DNA of 64,000 nt from the human T2T-CHM13v2.0 reference genome, Homo sapiens. Both the position numbers and the translations under genes were made by a program. Below the pieces are notes generated by a model, which worked only from the letters and a program-made list of their open reading frames with translations, did no database searches and was not told where the DNA came from. Positions within the stretch are counted from its first letter, which is position 1. Every line of letters starts with the position of its first letter. Shown here one piece after another: positions 13,798 to 27,999 of this stretch. The stretch lies in the NCBI RefSeq assembly GCF_009914755.1, contig NC_060932.1. One strand, given 5' to 3'.

Positions 13798-16121
13798 CTA
13801 CAAGTAACTCACTTTAAATATAAACACACATATAGATTAAAAGTAAATAGACGGAAAAATATATGCCATGCTAACAGTGATCTTAAATTTTAACAAGTGG
13901 GAGTGGCTACATAAATTTCAGTCAGAGCAGGACTTCAGAGCAAAGAAAGTTTTCAGAGATAAAGAGGAACATTACATGATGATAAATGGTGAATTCCCCA
14001 AGAAGACACAACAATCCTCATGAGTGTGTGCCTAACAATGAGCATCAAAAATGTGAGGTAAAGCCTGAAACAACTGCAAGGAGAAATAGATGAATCTACT
14101 ATTGTAGTTGAAGACTTTCACAAATCTCTGTCAGAAATGGACAGATCTCACAGGTAGAAAATTAGTTAAGACACAGTTGAATGCAACCAGGGCATTAATC
14201 AACTGTATACCATGAACATATACAATTACTTCATCCAACAGCAGCAGAATACACATTCTTCTCAAGCTCACGTGGAACATTCAGTAAGACTGATCATATT
14301 CTGGGCCAGAAAACACATCTTAACAAGTTCTTCAAAAATAGAAATCATACAATGTCTGCTCTCAGACCTCACCAGAATTAAACTAGAAATCAATAGCAGA
14401 AAAATATCTGGAAAATCCCCCAAATACCTGGAGATTAAACAACACTTCTAAATAACATACAGATCATTGAAGAAATGTAAAGATAAATTTAAAAATATGT
14501 TTAACTAAAAAGTGAAATACAACTTAAAATTTACGCAATTCAGTAAAAGAAGTGCTTAGATGGAAATTTATAGCATTGAAGGCATATATTAAAAAAGAAG
14601 AAAGATCTAAAATCAATAATTTAAGTTTTCCATTAAGGAACTAGATAAAAGAAGAGAAAATTAAATTTAAGCAGAAGAAAAATAATAAAAATTGGAACAA
14701 AAATCAATGAAATTGAAAACAGAAAATCAATAGAGAAAATCAATGAAACCAAAAGCTGGTTCTTGAAAAGATCAATAGATTCAGTAAGACTCTAGACAGC
14801 CTAAGAAAGTCAAGAGACAGAACAGAAGTTTAAATATTGGGCATGAACAAGTGGACATACATATCCCATGGATATTAAAAGGATAATAAATGAATACTAT
14901 GAAAAATTCTATATTCACAAGTTTGATAGCCTAGATAATATGAAGCAATTCCTTGTAAAACACAATCCACCAAAATCACTCAAGAAGGAATATATAAAGT
15001 AAATGGCCTATATCTATTAAAGAAATTGAATCAATAATCAGTAACCTATCAAAACAAAAAGCATCTAGTCCAGATGGGTTCACTGGTGGTTTTTATCAAA
15101 CGTTTAAGAAAAATATTATACTGATTCTCTGCAATCTCTTCTGAAAGAGAGAAACAGAAGGAATACTCATTCAAAGAGGCCAGCATTACCCTAATATCAA
15201 AACTAGACAAGGTCACTAAAAAAAAAGAAAACTACAGACCAGTATTTTCCAGGAACATACATACAAAAATCCTCAGCAAAATATTAGCAAATCAAATCCA
15301 ACAATGTATAAAAAAATTATATGCTATGGCTAAAAGAGATTGATCTCAGATGTGTGTGTAAGACTGGTTCAACATTCTAAAATCAATTAATGTAATATAT
15401 CACATTAACAGGCTAAAGAAGAAAAAACACATCGTTATATTAATAGATGCAGAAAAAGCTTCTGACAAAATCCATCACCCATTCATGAGAAAAACTTTCA
15501 GTAAAATAGGAATAAAGGACAACTCCCTTCACTTAATAAAGAATGTCTATAAAGAACTCACAGCTAACATCATACTTACCAATGAGAAACTAGAAGCTTA
15601 CTAAGACCAGAAACAAGGCAAAGATGCCCCTGCTCACCAGGGCTTTACAACATCATACTGGAAACCCTACCTAATACAATAATACAGAAAAAGGAAATAA
15701 GAGGTATATTGAATGGGAAAGAAGAAATAAAATTTTCTTTGTTCACAGATAACATAATTGTCTGTGTATAAAATCTAACAGAATCAAACAAAAATCTCCT
15801 GGAACTAATAAATATTTATAGTAAGGTAGAGGATACAAGGTTAATAATCAAAAGTCAATCATTTTCTTATATACCATCAATGATAAAGTGGAATTTGAAA
15901 TAAAAAATACAACACCACTTCTTTAGCACCTCAGAAAATGAAATACTTCTGTACAAATCTAACAAAATATGTACAAGACCTCAAGACCTACCTGAGAAAA
16001 ACTACAGAACTCTGATGAAAGCAATACAATAACCAAAAAACTGGAGAGATGTTCCATTTTTGAAGATAGGAAGACTTAATATTAAGATGTTCATTATACC
16101 CAAATTGATCCATAGGTTTAA

Positions 16122-16465
<344 letters not shown>

Positions 16466-17111
16466 CCCAGAAAGTTGTTTTATGGGTATTGATAAGATGA
16501 TTCTAAAGTTTATATGGAGATGCAAAAGACTCAGACTATCAGACACAATTTGAAGGAGAAAATAAAGTTGGAGTACTGACATTACCCAACTTGCTATAAA
16601 GCTACAATAATCAAGATAGTGTGATACCAGCAAAAGAATAGCCAAATAGATTAATAGAACAAAAGAGAGAGCCCAGAACTAAATCTATATAAACAGTTAA
16701 CTGATCTTTGACAAAGGAGCAAAAACAATGCAATGGAGAAAAGATAGTCCTTTCAACAAATGGTAATAGAACAACTGGACATCCACATAACAACAACAAC
16801 AAAAAAGAATTTAGACAGACTTTACAATTTTTATAAAAGTTAACTAAAAGCATACCAAAGATCAAAATGTACAATGCAAAGCTATAAAACTTCTAGAAAG
16901 TATAGGAAGAAATCTAGATGACCTTGGATTTGGCAATGACTTTTCAGATATAACACCAAAGGTATGCTCTATGAAGGAAATAATTGATAAGTTGGACTTC
17001 ATTAAAATTAACTGCTGCTGTAGAAAATACACCATCAAGAGAAAGAAAAGACAAGCCACAACTGGGTCAAAATATGTGCAAAACACATAGCTGATAAAGA
17101 GCTGTTATCCA

Positions 17112-17437
<326 letters not shown>

Positions 17438-20400
17438 TCAACAATATGAAAAGAAACAATCCAATTAAAAAGTAGTCCAGAGACAATTACATCAAAGTAG
17501 ATATACAGATGGCAAACAGGATCTAAAAAGAAGCTCCATATCATATGTCATTAAGGAAATGCAAATTAAAACAACAGTGAGATACCACTACCCATGTATT
17601 AGAACGGCCAACATGCAGAATACTGACAACTACAAGTACTGGAGATGATGCGGAGCAACAAGAACTCTCTTTCAATAATGGTGGGAATATAAAGTGGTAC
17701 AGCCACTTTGGAAGACAGTTTGGCAGTTTTTTACAAAACTAAACATGCTCTTATTGTATAATCCAGCACTTGTGCTCCTTGTTATTTGCCTAAAGGAACT
17801 GAAAGTTTATATCCACACAAAAACCTTGCACATGAATGTTCATAGCAGCTTTATTCTTAATCGCCAAAACTTGGAAGTATGTGAAATGTCCTTCAGTAGG
17901 TTAATAGATAAAATGTGGTACATCCAGACAATGGAACATTACTCAGTGCTAAAAGGAAATGAGCTATCAAGCTATAAAAAGACGTGAAAAAATCTTAAAT
18001 GTCTATTACTAAGTGAAAGAAGTTCTTCTGAAAAGGCTACATATTTTATAATTTCAAATATGACATTCTGAAAAAAGCAAAACTATAGAAGCAGTAAAAA
18101 AATTAGTGTTTGGCAGGGGTTAGCGGGCAGTGATGAACAGGTGGAGCACAGAGGATTGATAGAATAGTGAAAATATTCTGTATGACACTGTAATGGTAGA
18201 TACACATTTATTATACATTTGTCCAAACCCATAGAATGTGCAATATCAAGAGTGAACCATAATGTAAACTATGGACTTTGGGTAATGATGATGTGTCAAT
18301 GTAAGTTCATCGGTTGTCACAGATGTACTACTCTGGTGGGAGATGTTGATAATAGAGATACTGTGTATGCGTAGGAGTAGGGGATATGTGGGAAATCTCT
18401 GTGCCTTCCTCTCAATTTTGTTGTGAACCTAAAACCATTCTAAAATATGAAGCCTATGAAAATAAACAAAGAAAAGTATATCAACTATGTGAAAAGAGGT
18501 ATCATGCTTGTTTTTCATGGTTTACCACAGTTAACTTATCGGTTACTTATCTTTTCACAAAGACATTGCCTCTTTCAGTCGCAGACATAGGACTCTGTTG
18601 GAAGATCCTCAAATTTTATATTTAAGATTGTAGAGAAAAAATGATTTTTTTTCCTTAGCAAGTAGAACTATGTTGAAAAGAGCCAACAGTTTTCTGGCTT
18701 GGATCCATGTTACCCATTTGAGAGCATCAATGTGTGAAGCAATGGCAATATTTGAGTACGTGCAATTAGACTGAGCCCACAGCTTTCATAGAAAAAAAAG
18801 CCTTCTTATTTAATATTTAATGATGGCTAGTGTAACATAGGCTCCACATATACAGCAAAAGCAACAACTTCAATCAAAGAATTTGACTAAAATCTAGATA
18901 AAAATGAGGCATTATTTTCTTTCCATATTGTATTCATTACAGTATGTTATCATATACTTCAGGGAAATGAGCATAAACATTACAAGTTCTAAAGGTAACA
19001 CGGATATTTCCCAATGGTAGTTCTTAAAATAATTCCTTTTTAAATGGTGTTCTTCATTTGAATATATTGCAAAATATTTTAATATCCCAAATGATGTCCA
19101 CACTAAGAATGATATAAAGTTAGCTTCCCATCTCTATTAAAATTTCCTTTGGCAATCAAGTATTTGAAATGTGTGAAAAACTGATTTTTCTCTTTGGCTA
19201 CTCAGTTTTTATTCATCTTTCTTGTATTCTTAACAAATTTTCAGTTGTACTTGTAACATTCTCTACTGTGACATATAATAGAAAAGCAATTGGCCTCTTA
19301 TTTTATCCTTCCCACCTTTCTTACCATAGTTTTATGATCACACAATAATTTTAGTTATCATTAACTTGTGTTTTGAATGTATAAACTGATATTTTGCTTA
19401 CTGCCTCTCTAGGGTTGTTCATCTATGTGAAACACCTAAATAGTATTAAAACAAGTCTAATAAATCCTTGAAGTATCCAATTGGAACCAATATAGACAAA
19501 TCACTAGGAAAATTACGTAGGTGTGGTTCATGTCTAACCTACAGTCATTATGTTAAATCATGATGTCTGGGGCAGCTGGTTGAATTTATATATTAAACAT
19601 CAGTTTTGTAAATGACACTTTTTCTAATACGCTATGATTTTACTTTTCTGAATTTCAATTCTTATGTCATTAGAATGACTCAAATAATGACAGTGGAAAC
19701 TCACAAAAATTTTCATCAAATTTAAGGTTTATGGAACATGTCACCTAAAAGATGTAAAAGCTGTATTGTTCTCATTTCATTTTTCTATGTGCCTGCTATT
19801 TAAAATCAAAAGACTTACACTTGATAGAAGTGGAGAGCAAAAGATTGGATGAGAACATATTAGAAATCCAAATATGAACAAAAATTACTTTGTATTCCAC
19901 TCACATGACTAGATCTTTTAAAAATTAAACTGTTGAGAGAGATCAGTTTATTTCAGGATGTGAACAATCTTTCTGTGAATTTAGAATAATTCATATTTTT
20001 CCCTTTGAACTAATATTAATTCAGAGGTAAGATTACCTGTATTTTTTCCATGTGATATTTCTGTAAGTGATCAAAATTCAACAGGACAGTGTAATATTGA
20101 AGTTGGGAAGAAGTGCAATGTGGATGGGCAGGGTAGTAGCAATGGAAAACACAGAAGTGAAATACGTGTGACAGAATGGTCATTATTCTTATTCTTATTA
20201 TGCCTTTTATTATCCCAACTACCTTCTAAGGATGATGAGTTTAAATGGAGAGCCCTTTTAAAGTTAAGCATCTTAATGTGTTTGCTCTGCAAAGGAAAAA
20301 AAAAAGAGGTGAAGAGAAGAGAATGATCTACTTAGTAGAAAATGTAACCACTTCTTATGACTCCAAATCTGTTGTAAATCCTACTGAACTTATGAAAAGC

Positions 20401-21043
20401 TTCATAGAAGTGAATCCATAGCAGAGACTGCTGATGGGGCTGAGTTTTGTGTCTGGACTGGATATAGGATATAAAAGTGAAGAGAGCAATGAAAATATAA
20501 TCTCCTGGAAATGAGAAGAACGTGGGAAATGTCATGGACTATCAAGGGTTGTGGAATTTGGAAGGTTTTAAAAAATCATATCCTACTTATAATCCTTAAG
20601 AGAATGGTTCAAAGAATTCTGTAACATCATCTATCTGATCTGCATAGCATCGCTGTGCCTCATGCATAGTAAGTAATCAATATGTATTTGTTAAATGAAT
20701 ATTTCTTATTCAGTTCAAACTGTATAATTATAGTAAGAAACTTTGAAGTAAGCAGTAACTATTTCTTCCTTTCCCTTTACCTGTTGTCTATACTCATCAA
20801 TCTTTGACATTTCTTTCCTTGTCCTAAGCATGTAACTACAACATCTTGGTAAGTTATCTGGATGAAAAACAAAAAGTTCAGTCAACCATAGGTCTATGAT
20901 ATTATAAATTTAAATAATGAGTGCAGTGATTTGAAAATTATATTTATTGTTATTAATCAATCATCAACATAGTTCTGTATACAGCGAAAGTTACTTTTAA
21001 TAATTTGCCTCTCAATGTTTTTCTAGTCCTTTGTCTCCCCTCC

Positions 21044-21051
21044 TGACGTCA
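21044..21051. promoter_or_regulatory. Full palindromic CRE (TGACGTCA) in unique sequence
   Basis: exact CREB/ATF consensus; function unproven. Confidence 0.3.
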
Positions 21052-21408
21052 ATAGTAAAATGATCAGTCAGGCTGTTCAAATCAGTGGAGATTTAAAGCA
21101 ATGTAGAAGAAACCCTGAAAAGGAAACTAAAACCTCCACACTCGCCCACCTGTGTTTCAGCTGCAAAGCTTCCAAGAAAAAAAATAGCAGAGAAAAAGAG
21201 ACTAAGAGAGAGCACAGTGGAAAAGAAAATAGATGGTTAATGGAATTGCCCCTTGAATGAGAAACGGAATATCCCCTCAACTCTCGTGTCAAAGTTCTGC
21301 TGAAAAATCCTATTATTCCCTGGTGCACTTTTCCTCAATGAATCAGACTGCATAATCCTGAGTAAAATCACACTGGGAAATGCCAAAGATTGAAAAATTT
21401 TGTTATAT

Positions 21409-21430
21409 CACACACACACACGCACACACA
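21409..21430 (+). repeat. (CA)n microsatellite, interrupted
   Basis: cacacacacacacgcacacaca. Confidence 0.85.
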
Positions 21431-22189
21431 AACCATTGGTTATCAAGATTAATCCATCAGTAGCTTCTACCAAGATTGAGATTGTTTTACACATTATCTC
21501 TCTCAAATCAGTGTGCTTACTAATCTGTTAGATCATACACCTCTCCAAAATGAAAATGAATTATAATGAAATAATACCAGGGAAAAGAATATTAAAATTT
21601 CAGCAAAGCAATTTTTTGGTCCAGATGGGAAACCACTTGAGCTTAAAATGGACTGTAATGAATAAGGAAAAAAAGTAAAATCTTGTGCATTTTATTTAAT
21701 TCATAACCCAAATTTCCTGATGTATGCTTCCTTACAACGTTTCCAAGGCTCAGATTTTGCTTAAAAGATATATTTTAGTAGAATTATGTGGACTTCCATT
21801 AATCCACATGAAAATACACAGATCATAGGACAGCATGAAGTTATTTCTTAAGCCTTCTATGTGGACAAAACAGAACATGCATAGTGTACTGTCATACTTC
21901 CTGAAGAATGAGGCCTTAGCCCTCTTATACAGCTGATGATCTAACCCATCCTTCAAGTTCTTCAAGGATGGTGACTTCACACGCTCTTAATCACCCATTC
22001 AACCTTTAGTTTACCTTGCTGCCTAGAATTCTTACCTTATACACTTGAAATGATCAGACTTTAGATAGTTCCCTGAACTCATTCCTTATGTGAATGGCAG
22101 CCCTGAAGAATCTGTTCTGATTTATAAATTGTCTTTTCAAATCCGTATCTGGTTGTTTTTTCCACGTGAATGTTAACTTAAAAAAAATA

Positions 22190-25100
22190 GAAGACATAAT
22201 TTTAGACTTACAGAAAGTTGCTAAAATAGTATAGAAATTTCCCATATACCCTAGCCCTTGTGTTAATATCTTATATAACCATAGAACATGTATAAAAACT
22301 AAAAAATTAATCCTAGTAAAAATATGTTGACCAAGCTATAGAATTTATTTGGATTTTACCAGGTTTCCACTAATGTTCTATTTCAGTTCTGGAAAATAAC
22401 AAAGGATCTCACATAACATTTAGTTGCCATGTGTCTCTCCCTCCTTCTCTTTTTCCTTCTTTTCCTTGCCTTCTGCCTTCCCTCTTTCTTTTTGCACTTC
22501 CATACTAGGCCTGTCTTATTTTCCCAACCCCAAACTAGAGTCAGCCAGTTCTCCAATGAGCCTTGGTTCTTTTTATTGGAGAATGGTATTTATAAACCAA
22601 AATTTAAATGCTACATATAGCTCACTATTACTGAGGTATTATAATTTCTAGCCCCTGTCAGTGGACAGAGCTAGGATAATACATGTTGTTATTATTATTA
22701 TTATTATTAAATCCAGTCTACTAAAACAAATCCACGATACCCCCAATTCCAATCCAGAATCACAAGGTCCATTCTAGCTTTCACTCTTTCATTATGTGAC
22801 TTCTTTCTTCAAAAGTGAGTGCTCTGATCCCCCTTCCCCACAATATATTTCTCTACATGATAAACTCTAGTATACACATTTTCTTATACCAGCCCTAGTA
22901 GACCAATACATATGGATTTTGACAAATGTATGGAGTCATGTAGCCAGTACAACAGTGCCATACAGAACAATTCCATTGCCTCAAATTTCCCTCATGCTGA
23001 CTCACCCTGCACCCCTCAACCCCTGGCCACAATCAGTCTGTTTTCCACCCCTATAACTTTGTGTGATTGAAAGTGTCATATAAATGGAATCACACATTAT
23101 GTAACCTTTCTGGCTTCTTTCACTTACCAAAATGCATGTAGAATTTACCCCTGTTCCTGCATGAATCAATAATTACTTTGTTCCTTTTTATTGCTAAGTG
23201 GTATTCCATGTTACTAATATACCATACTTTTTATATCCATTCATTAGTTGAAGGACATCTTGTTTCCTATTTATAGTACAAATATTATATTATAAATAAA
23301 ACTGCTATACACATTCACAGAAAAATTTTTGTGTGAACATAAATTTTATTTTCCTTTAGCAGATGTCTAGAAGTGGAATTGCTGGGTCATATCACATATG
23401 AATATTTAACTTTATAAGTTCTCCAAGGTGTTTGTACTATTTTGTATTCCTACCAGTAATATATGTTTTGAAACATCACTTGATTCCTATCCTTGCCAGA
23501 CCAAGTTTTCCTGGTCTTTCCTTTTCTTTTTGGTATTCCATTAGACTTTTTTGCAGTATTCTTTAATACCATTTTCATATCTGTGATGTTGTCTCCTCTT
23601 TGGATCCTGATATTGGTAATTTGTATCTTATTCCCTATTTTTGGAATAAGTCTGGCTAGAGATCTTTAAATTTTATTGATCTTTCCAAAGAATCTTTTTG
23701 TTCCATTTCTTTTTTCCTATTATTTTTCTAATTTCATCAATTCGTGTTCTTATTTCTAGTCCTTCCTTCTGCTTACCTTGGATTTAATTTGCCCTTTTTA
23801 CAGGACTCTAAAGGTAAAAGTTTACATGAAATAATTTGAGACCTTTCTTCTCTAACATAAATACTGATTGTTGTAAACATCCATCTAGGCACTGCTTTAG
23901 CTACAACCTACAAATTCTGATCATGTTGTGCTTTCATTTTTATTTAGTTCAACACATTTCTTCATTTCCTTTGAGACTTCCTCTTAGACCTTGTTATTTT
24001 ACATTGTACAGTTTAATTTCCAAATATTTTGGGATTTACCAAATACCTTTATGTTCTTGATTTCTAGTTAAATTCCTTTGTGGTCCAGAAATATTCTACT
24101 TATATTTTCTATGCTTTTCATTTTTGTAATGTGTGCTTTATGGCCCAGAAAACACAATATATTGGCAAATGTTCCATTTACAATTGAAAAATATCTGTAT
24201 TATGCTGTTCATATGTGGAATGTTCTAGAAATGCCAGTTAGGTTTAAATGGTTCATAGTTTTGCCTATTAATATAGCTACTCTAGCGATTTTTTGGTTGT
24301 TGTTAGTGTGGTATTCCTTTCTGCATCCTTTCACTTCCTGTCTGTCATCTTATTTAAGGTTGGTCTCTTGTAGACAAAATACAGTTAGGTCTTGCTTTTT
24401 CATTCATTCTGATAACCTCTGTCTTTTTAATGATGTTTTTAGCCTATTTACTTTTTGTGTGATTGTACACATATTGGAAATTTATTTGTTCCCTCTTCTT
24501 CCTCCTTCTGCTCCACCTCCAATTTTTGGTCAATTAAACATTTTTCCATTATTCCATTTTATTTCTTCTATTGACTAATTATTTACATCTTTAAAAATTT
24601 TACTGGTTTTCCTAGGGTTTAAAATAAACATTTTTGACTAATCAGAGTCTACCTTCAAATATACTGCTTTAAATTTACAATATGACTTACGACAATATGT
24701 CTCCAATTTTTCTTTTCTATGCTTTGTGCTATTTTATCATACAATTTAATTTTATATATTTATAAATCAAAATGCTTTGGTACTATTTTTGCTTTAGAAG
24801 GTTATCTTTTATACCAATCAAAAATAAAGAAAATAAAATTTATTTTACCTTCATTTGTTTTTTTCTAGAAATCTTCATTTCATTGTTCAGTTCAAAATTT
24901 CAGCCTGACATAATTTTGCTTTAGCCTAAAAAAGTTTCTTTCACATTTCTTGGAGACTAGGACTTCTTGCAACTGAATTCCCTGAGGTTTTGTTTGTCTG
25001 GGAAAATATGTATTTGTCCTTCATTTTTGAGAGATAATTTTTTGGGATATAGAATTCTGACTTAATAGCTTTTTTTTTTCTTTTACCACTTTAAGTTTGT

Positions 25101-26410
25101 CATTTCATTGTTTTCTGACTTGAAGTCTGCCATAATTCTTGTTCTTCTGTATGCTATGTTTCTTTTTCCTCTATTTGCTTCAAGATTTTCTCTGTCTTTT
25201 GTTCTCAACAGTTTAAATATGATATGCCTAAGTTTAAGTGTGATATGCCTCTTCTTCTTCTTTTTGGAAGTGTAGTTTGTCGTCTGTTATTACTTTACGG
25301 AAATTCTCTGCTATTATTTTTTCAAGTATTTCTTCTGCCTCATTCTCTTTCCCTTCTGTTTTTGGGATTCCAGTTACACGTACATTAGAAGATTAGACAT
25401 GGTAACATTGCTTTGGATATTCTGGGGCTTTGTATTCCTTTAACAGTTTGGGTAGTTTCTACTGACTAGTCTTCAAATCGACACTTTTTCTCCTTTGTGC
25501 TGACTTTATAGATGAGTGCATTGAAGGCATTCCTTGTATGCTACTGCTTTTTGTTTCTTTTTTTTTTTATTGCATTTCCATGTGATTCTTTTCTATAGTT
25601 TCCATCTGTTTGTTGAAATTATCCATCTTGATGTCTACCTTTTACATTTGAGCTTCAACATTTTATTTATAGTTATTTTAAATTCCATGTCAGATATTTC
25701 TAATGAATGTCTCATACCTAAATCTAATTCTGATCATTGCTTTGATTTCTGGGAATATGTTTTCTCTTGACATTTTGTGTGCCTTATAGTTTTTTGTTGA
25801 AAGTTGATCATCTCGTAAAGGGCATTACAGAATGAAATGAATAGATTTTATTCCTGAAAATGAGTATGCCTTTCCCTGTGCAAAGCCTTTAATGTGTGGG
25901 TTTGGATTGATCTGGATATGAGGATTGTTGTTGCTAGACAACACCACATTGCACTTCGAAAGTGAGATAGGGCGTGGGAAGGGGTGAGGGTGGCTGGGCA
26001 TGGGGAAGAAGAATCCTGGGGTGCTTCTTGCCTTCCTTGTGTAACTCTTGTTCTTCTCCCCTACTTTTACATCACAGTGAAAGCTTTCTGAAGGCTCTTT
26101 TGGTATTTGCAGTGAGCACCCTATGAATTCATGGAAAAAGAACCTGCAGAAAGGTACAGCCTCTACTAGCTTCTCAAGTACACAGGAGCATCACAGTTCT
26201 ACCAGCCCGCATTCAGCCTTTGTCAAATGTTCCATTGTCTCTACCCCAGGTAATTCTGAGCAAGGGCTTATCTCACCTCAGGATTTGTTCTAGTTGCTTG
26301 TGTGCCACCTCAGCTGTCTGATGGGCTCACCAAAGCTGTGAAAATGTAAAGTTAACCTGGCTCTTATTCATCGTAATGATGGGAGTGATGCTCCTTCAGC
26401 TTATTATATC
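22190..26410 (-). mobile_element. Old L1M (L1MC/MD/ME-type) LINE, antisense, internally deleted
   Basis: reverse 3'UTR (ttttagacttacagaaagttgc), ORF2 relics 23000-24450, ORF1 relics ~25000-25750, and 5' tip gatgggagtgatgctccttcagctt homologous to the 5' tip at ~43035; may be more than one element. Confidence 0.75.
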
Positions 26411-27099
26411 TAAGGGTACAATGCTTTTTTAATTAAATAATTACACAGTAAATCTTCTAGTTCATATCTTTTAATTAGAAAAAATATTTCCATTGATGTT
26501 GAGATTTAAACAGTACATATTGACATTTTTAACAAAGGAAAGGGAAACAGTTTCAGATGCTGAAGCTTAGCAGCTCTGCACATGTGGGAGAAAATAATCA
26601 ATTTATTTCAGCCTATTCTGGGCTGAAATGTCGTTTAAGTATAAGGCAGGGTTAGCGCAATACTTCCAGTGATAAAACTGAAGCCGACAATGAGACAGGG
26701 ATGATGTCAGAATGAGAGTCAGAGGATACTTCTCTGTCACCCAAAACTAAGGCTGAACTTCCAATAGCTTCTCTGTCTTTACTACATTGTCCTTAATAAA
26801 ATGAAACAGCTACAGATAGTAAGAAATTTTATTATTCCCAGGTATCTTCTCTTTTGTCATTAAGGGATCAAACATTTTTTCGACCATGCATTCATTTACA
26901 TATTTTTTCTTTTTGAAGAACATTCGTTTTCTATCTAATGGCATACACTCTGTATAGTGTGGGAATATGCAGTGAACAGGACTTCCTAAAACAGCTCAGA
27001 TAATAGAATACAGGAGAATATACACATAAATTTTGTGACAAATAATATAACAGAATTGCACATAGCAAGATTCAATGCAGCCAAGGAGAACTTATATAT

Positions 27100-27385
27100 T
27101 ATAATGGTGAATAGAGTGGGTGCTGGAGTTAGGTTCAGTAGGTTTGACTTTTGTCTCTCTCACTAATTATACAACCTTGAACAACTTACTAATTTCTTCA
27201 GGACCCTCCCTTTAAAATGATAGTAATAATAATGGTATCAATTGATAGAAATGTCATGAAAATTCGGTGTGTTAGTTTTAAGTTGAACCATATGAAATTG
27301 TCAAGAATCCACTCCTTTTGACCTAGAAAAATGGCAATTTCATATGGTTCAACCTTATGCATTGTAAGTGCTCGGCATAGTGCCA
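27100..27385 (+). mobile_element. MIR SINE interrupted by MADE2
   Basis: ccttgaacaacttactaatttc...aaaatgatagtaataataatggta ... gtaagtgctcggcatagtgcc. Confidence 0.65.
27278..27357. mobile_element. MADE2 mariner-derived MITE
   Basis: 80 bp with terminal inverted repeats gttgaaccatatgaaattg / caatttcatatggttcaac, matching recalled MADE2 consensus. Confidence 0.9.
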
Positions 27386-27394
27386 AAAGGTGGC

Positions 27395-27885
27395 GTAGGG
27401 GATTGAACTGTGTTCCTCCTGCCTCAAATATGTTCAGGTCCTGACCCCCAGTGCCTGTGGATAAAACCATATTTGGAAATAGGGTCTTGGCAGCTGCAAT
27501 CAAGTTAAAATGAAAATTATCCTGGATCAGGGTGGACACTAAATGCAATAATTGGTGTCTTTGTAAGAGAAAGGAGAGGGTTATCTGACTTCAGAGACAC
27601 AGAGGAGACATACAGGAGGAAAGTCACGTGAAAATGGAAGCAGATACTAGAGTTATGTGTCTACAAGCCTAGGAATGTCAGGATTGCCACCACCAGAAGC
27701 TAGGAGGAGACAGAAAGGATTCTTCCCTGGAGTCTTCAAAGGGAACATAGCTCTGTGGAGTTTTTGTTTTGTTTTGTTTTTGATCTTTGAGTTCCTATCT
27801 CTAGAACACTGAGATAATACATTTCTGTGGTTTTAAGCCATCAGGTTTTTGGGAACATGTCACAGCAGCCCTTGGAAACTAATAG
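27395..27885 (+). mobile_element. MLT1 (B/C/D-type) MaLR solo LTR
   Basis: tatttggaaatagggtcttggcag, ccaccagaagctagg, gttttaagccatcagg...acagcagcccttggaaactaatag. Confidence 0.85.
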
Positions 27886-27999
27886 AGATGTCGATTTTCA
27901 GTACATACTATCTATAACTCATCATTAAAACACAGAGGGGAAATGATTCATTTTGACAGAGAAGAAGACATTAAAGAAAGACTTCAGTGGTGATTATTC

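Noticed and set aside
17694-17987. L1 ORF2-like peptides (also 14212, 55300) as functional CDS
   Set aside because: Short open stretches in frameshifted, stop-riddled L1 relics.
20332-20535. 67-aa minus ORF downstream of a splice acceptor as a coding exon
   Set aside because: No recognisable homology or partner coding exons; kept only as a possible non-coding exon.
24078-24578. 166-aa hydrophobic ORF resembling a membrane protein
   Set aside because: Antisense to a decayed L1; T-richness yields F/L/I by composition.
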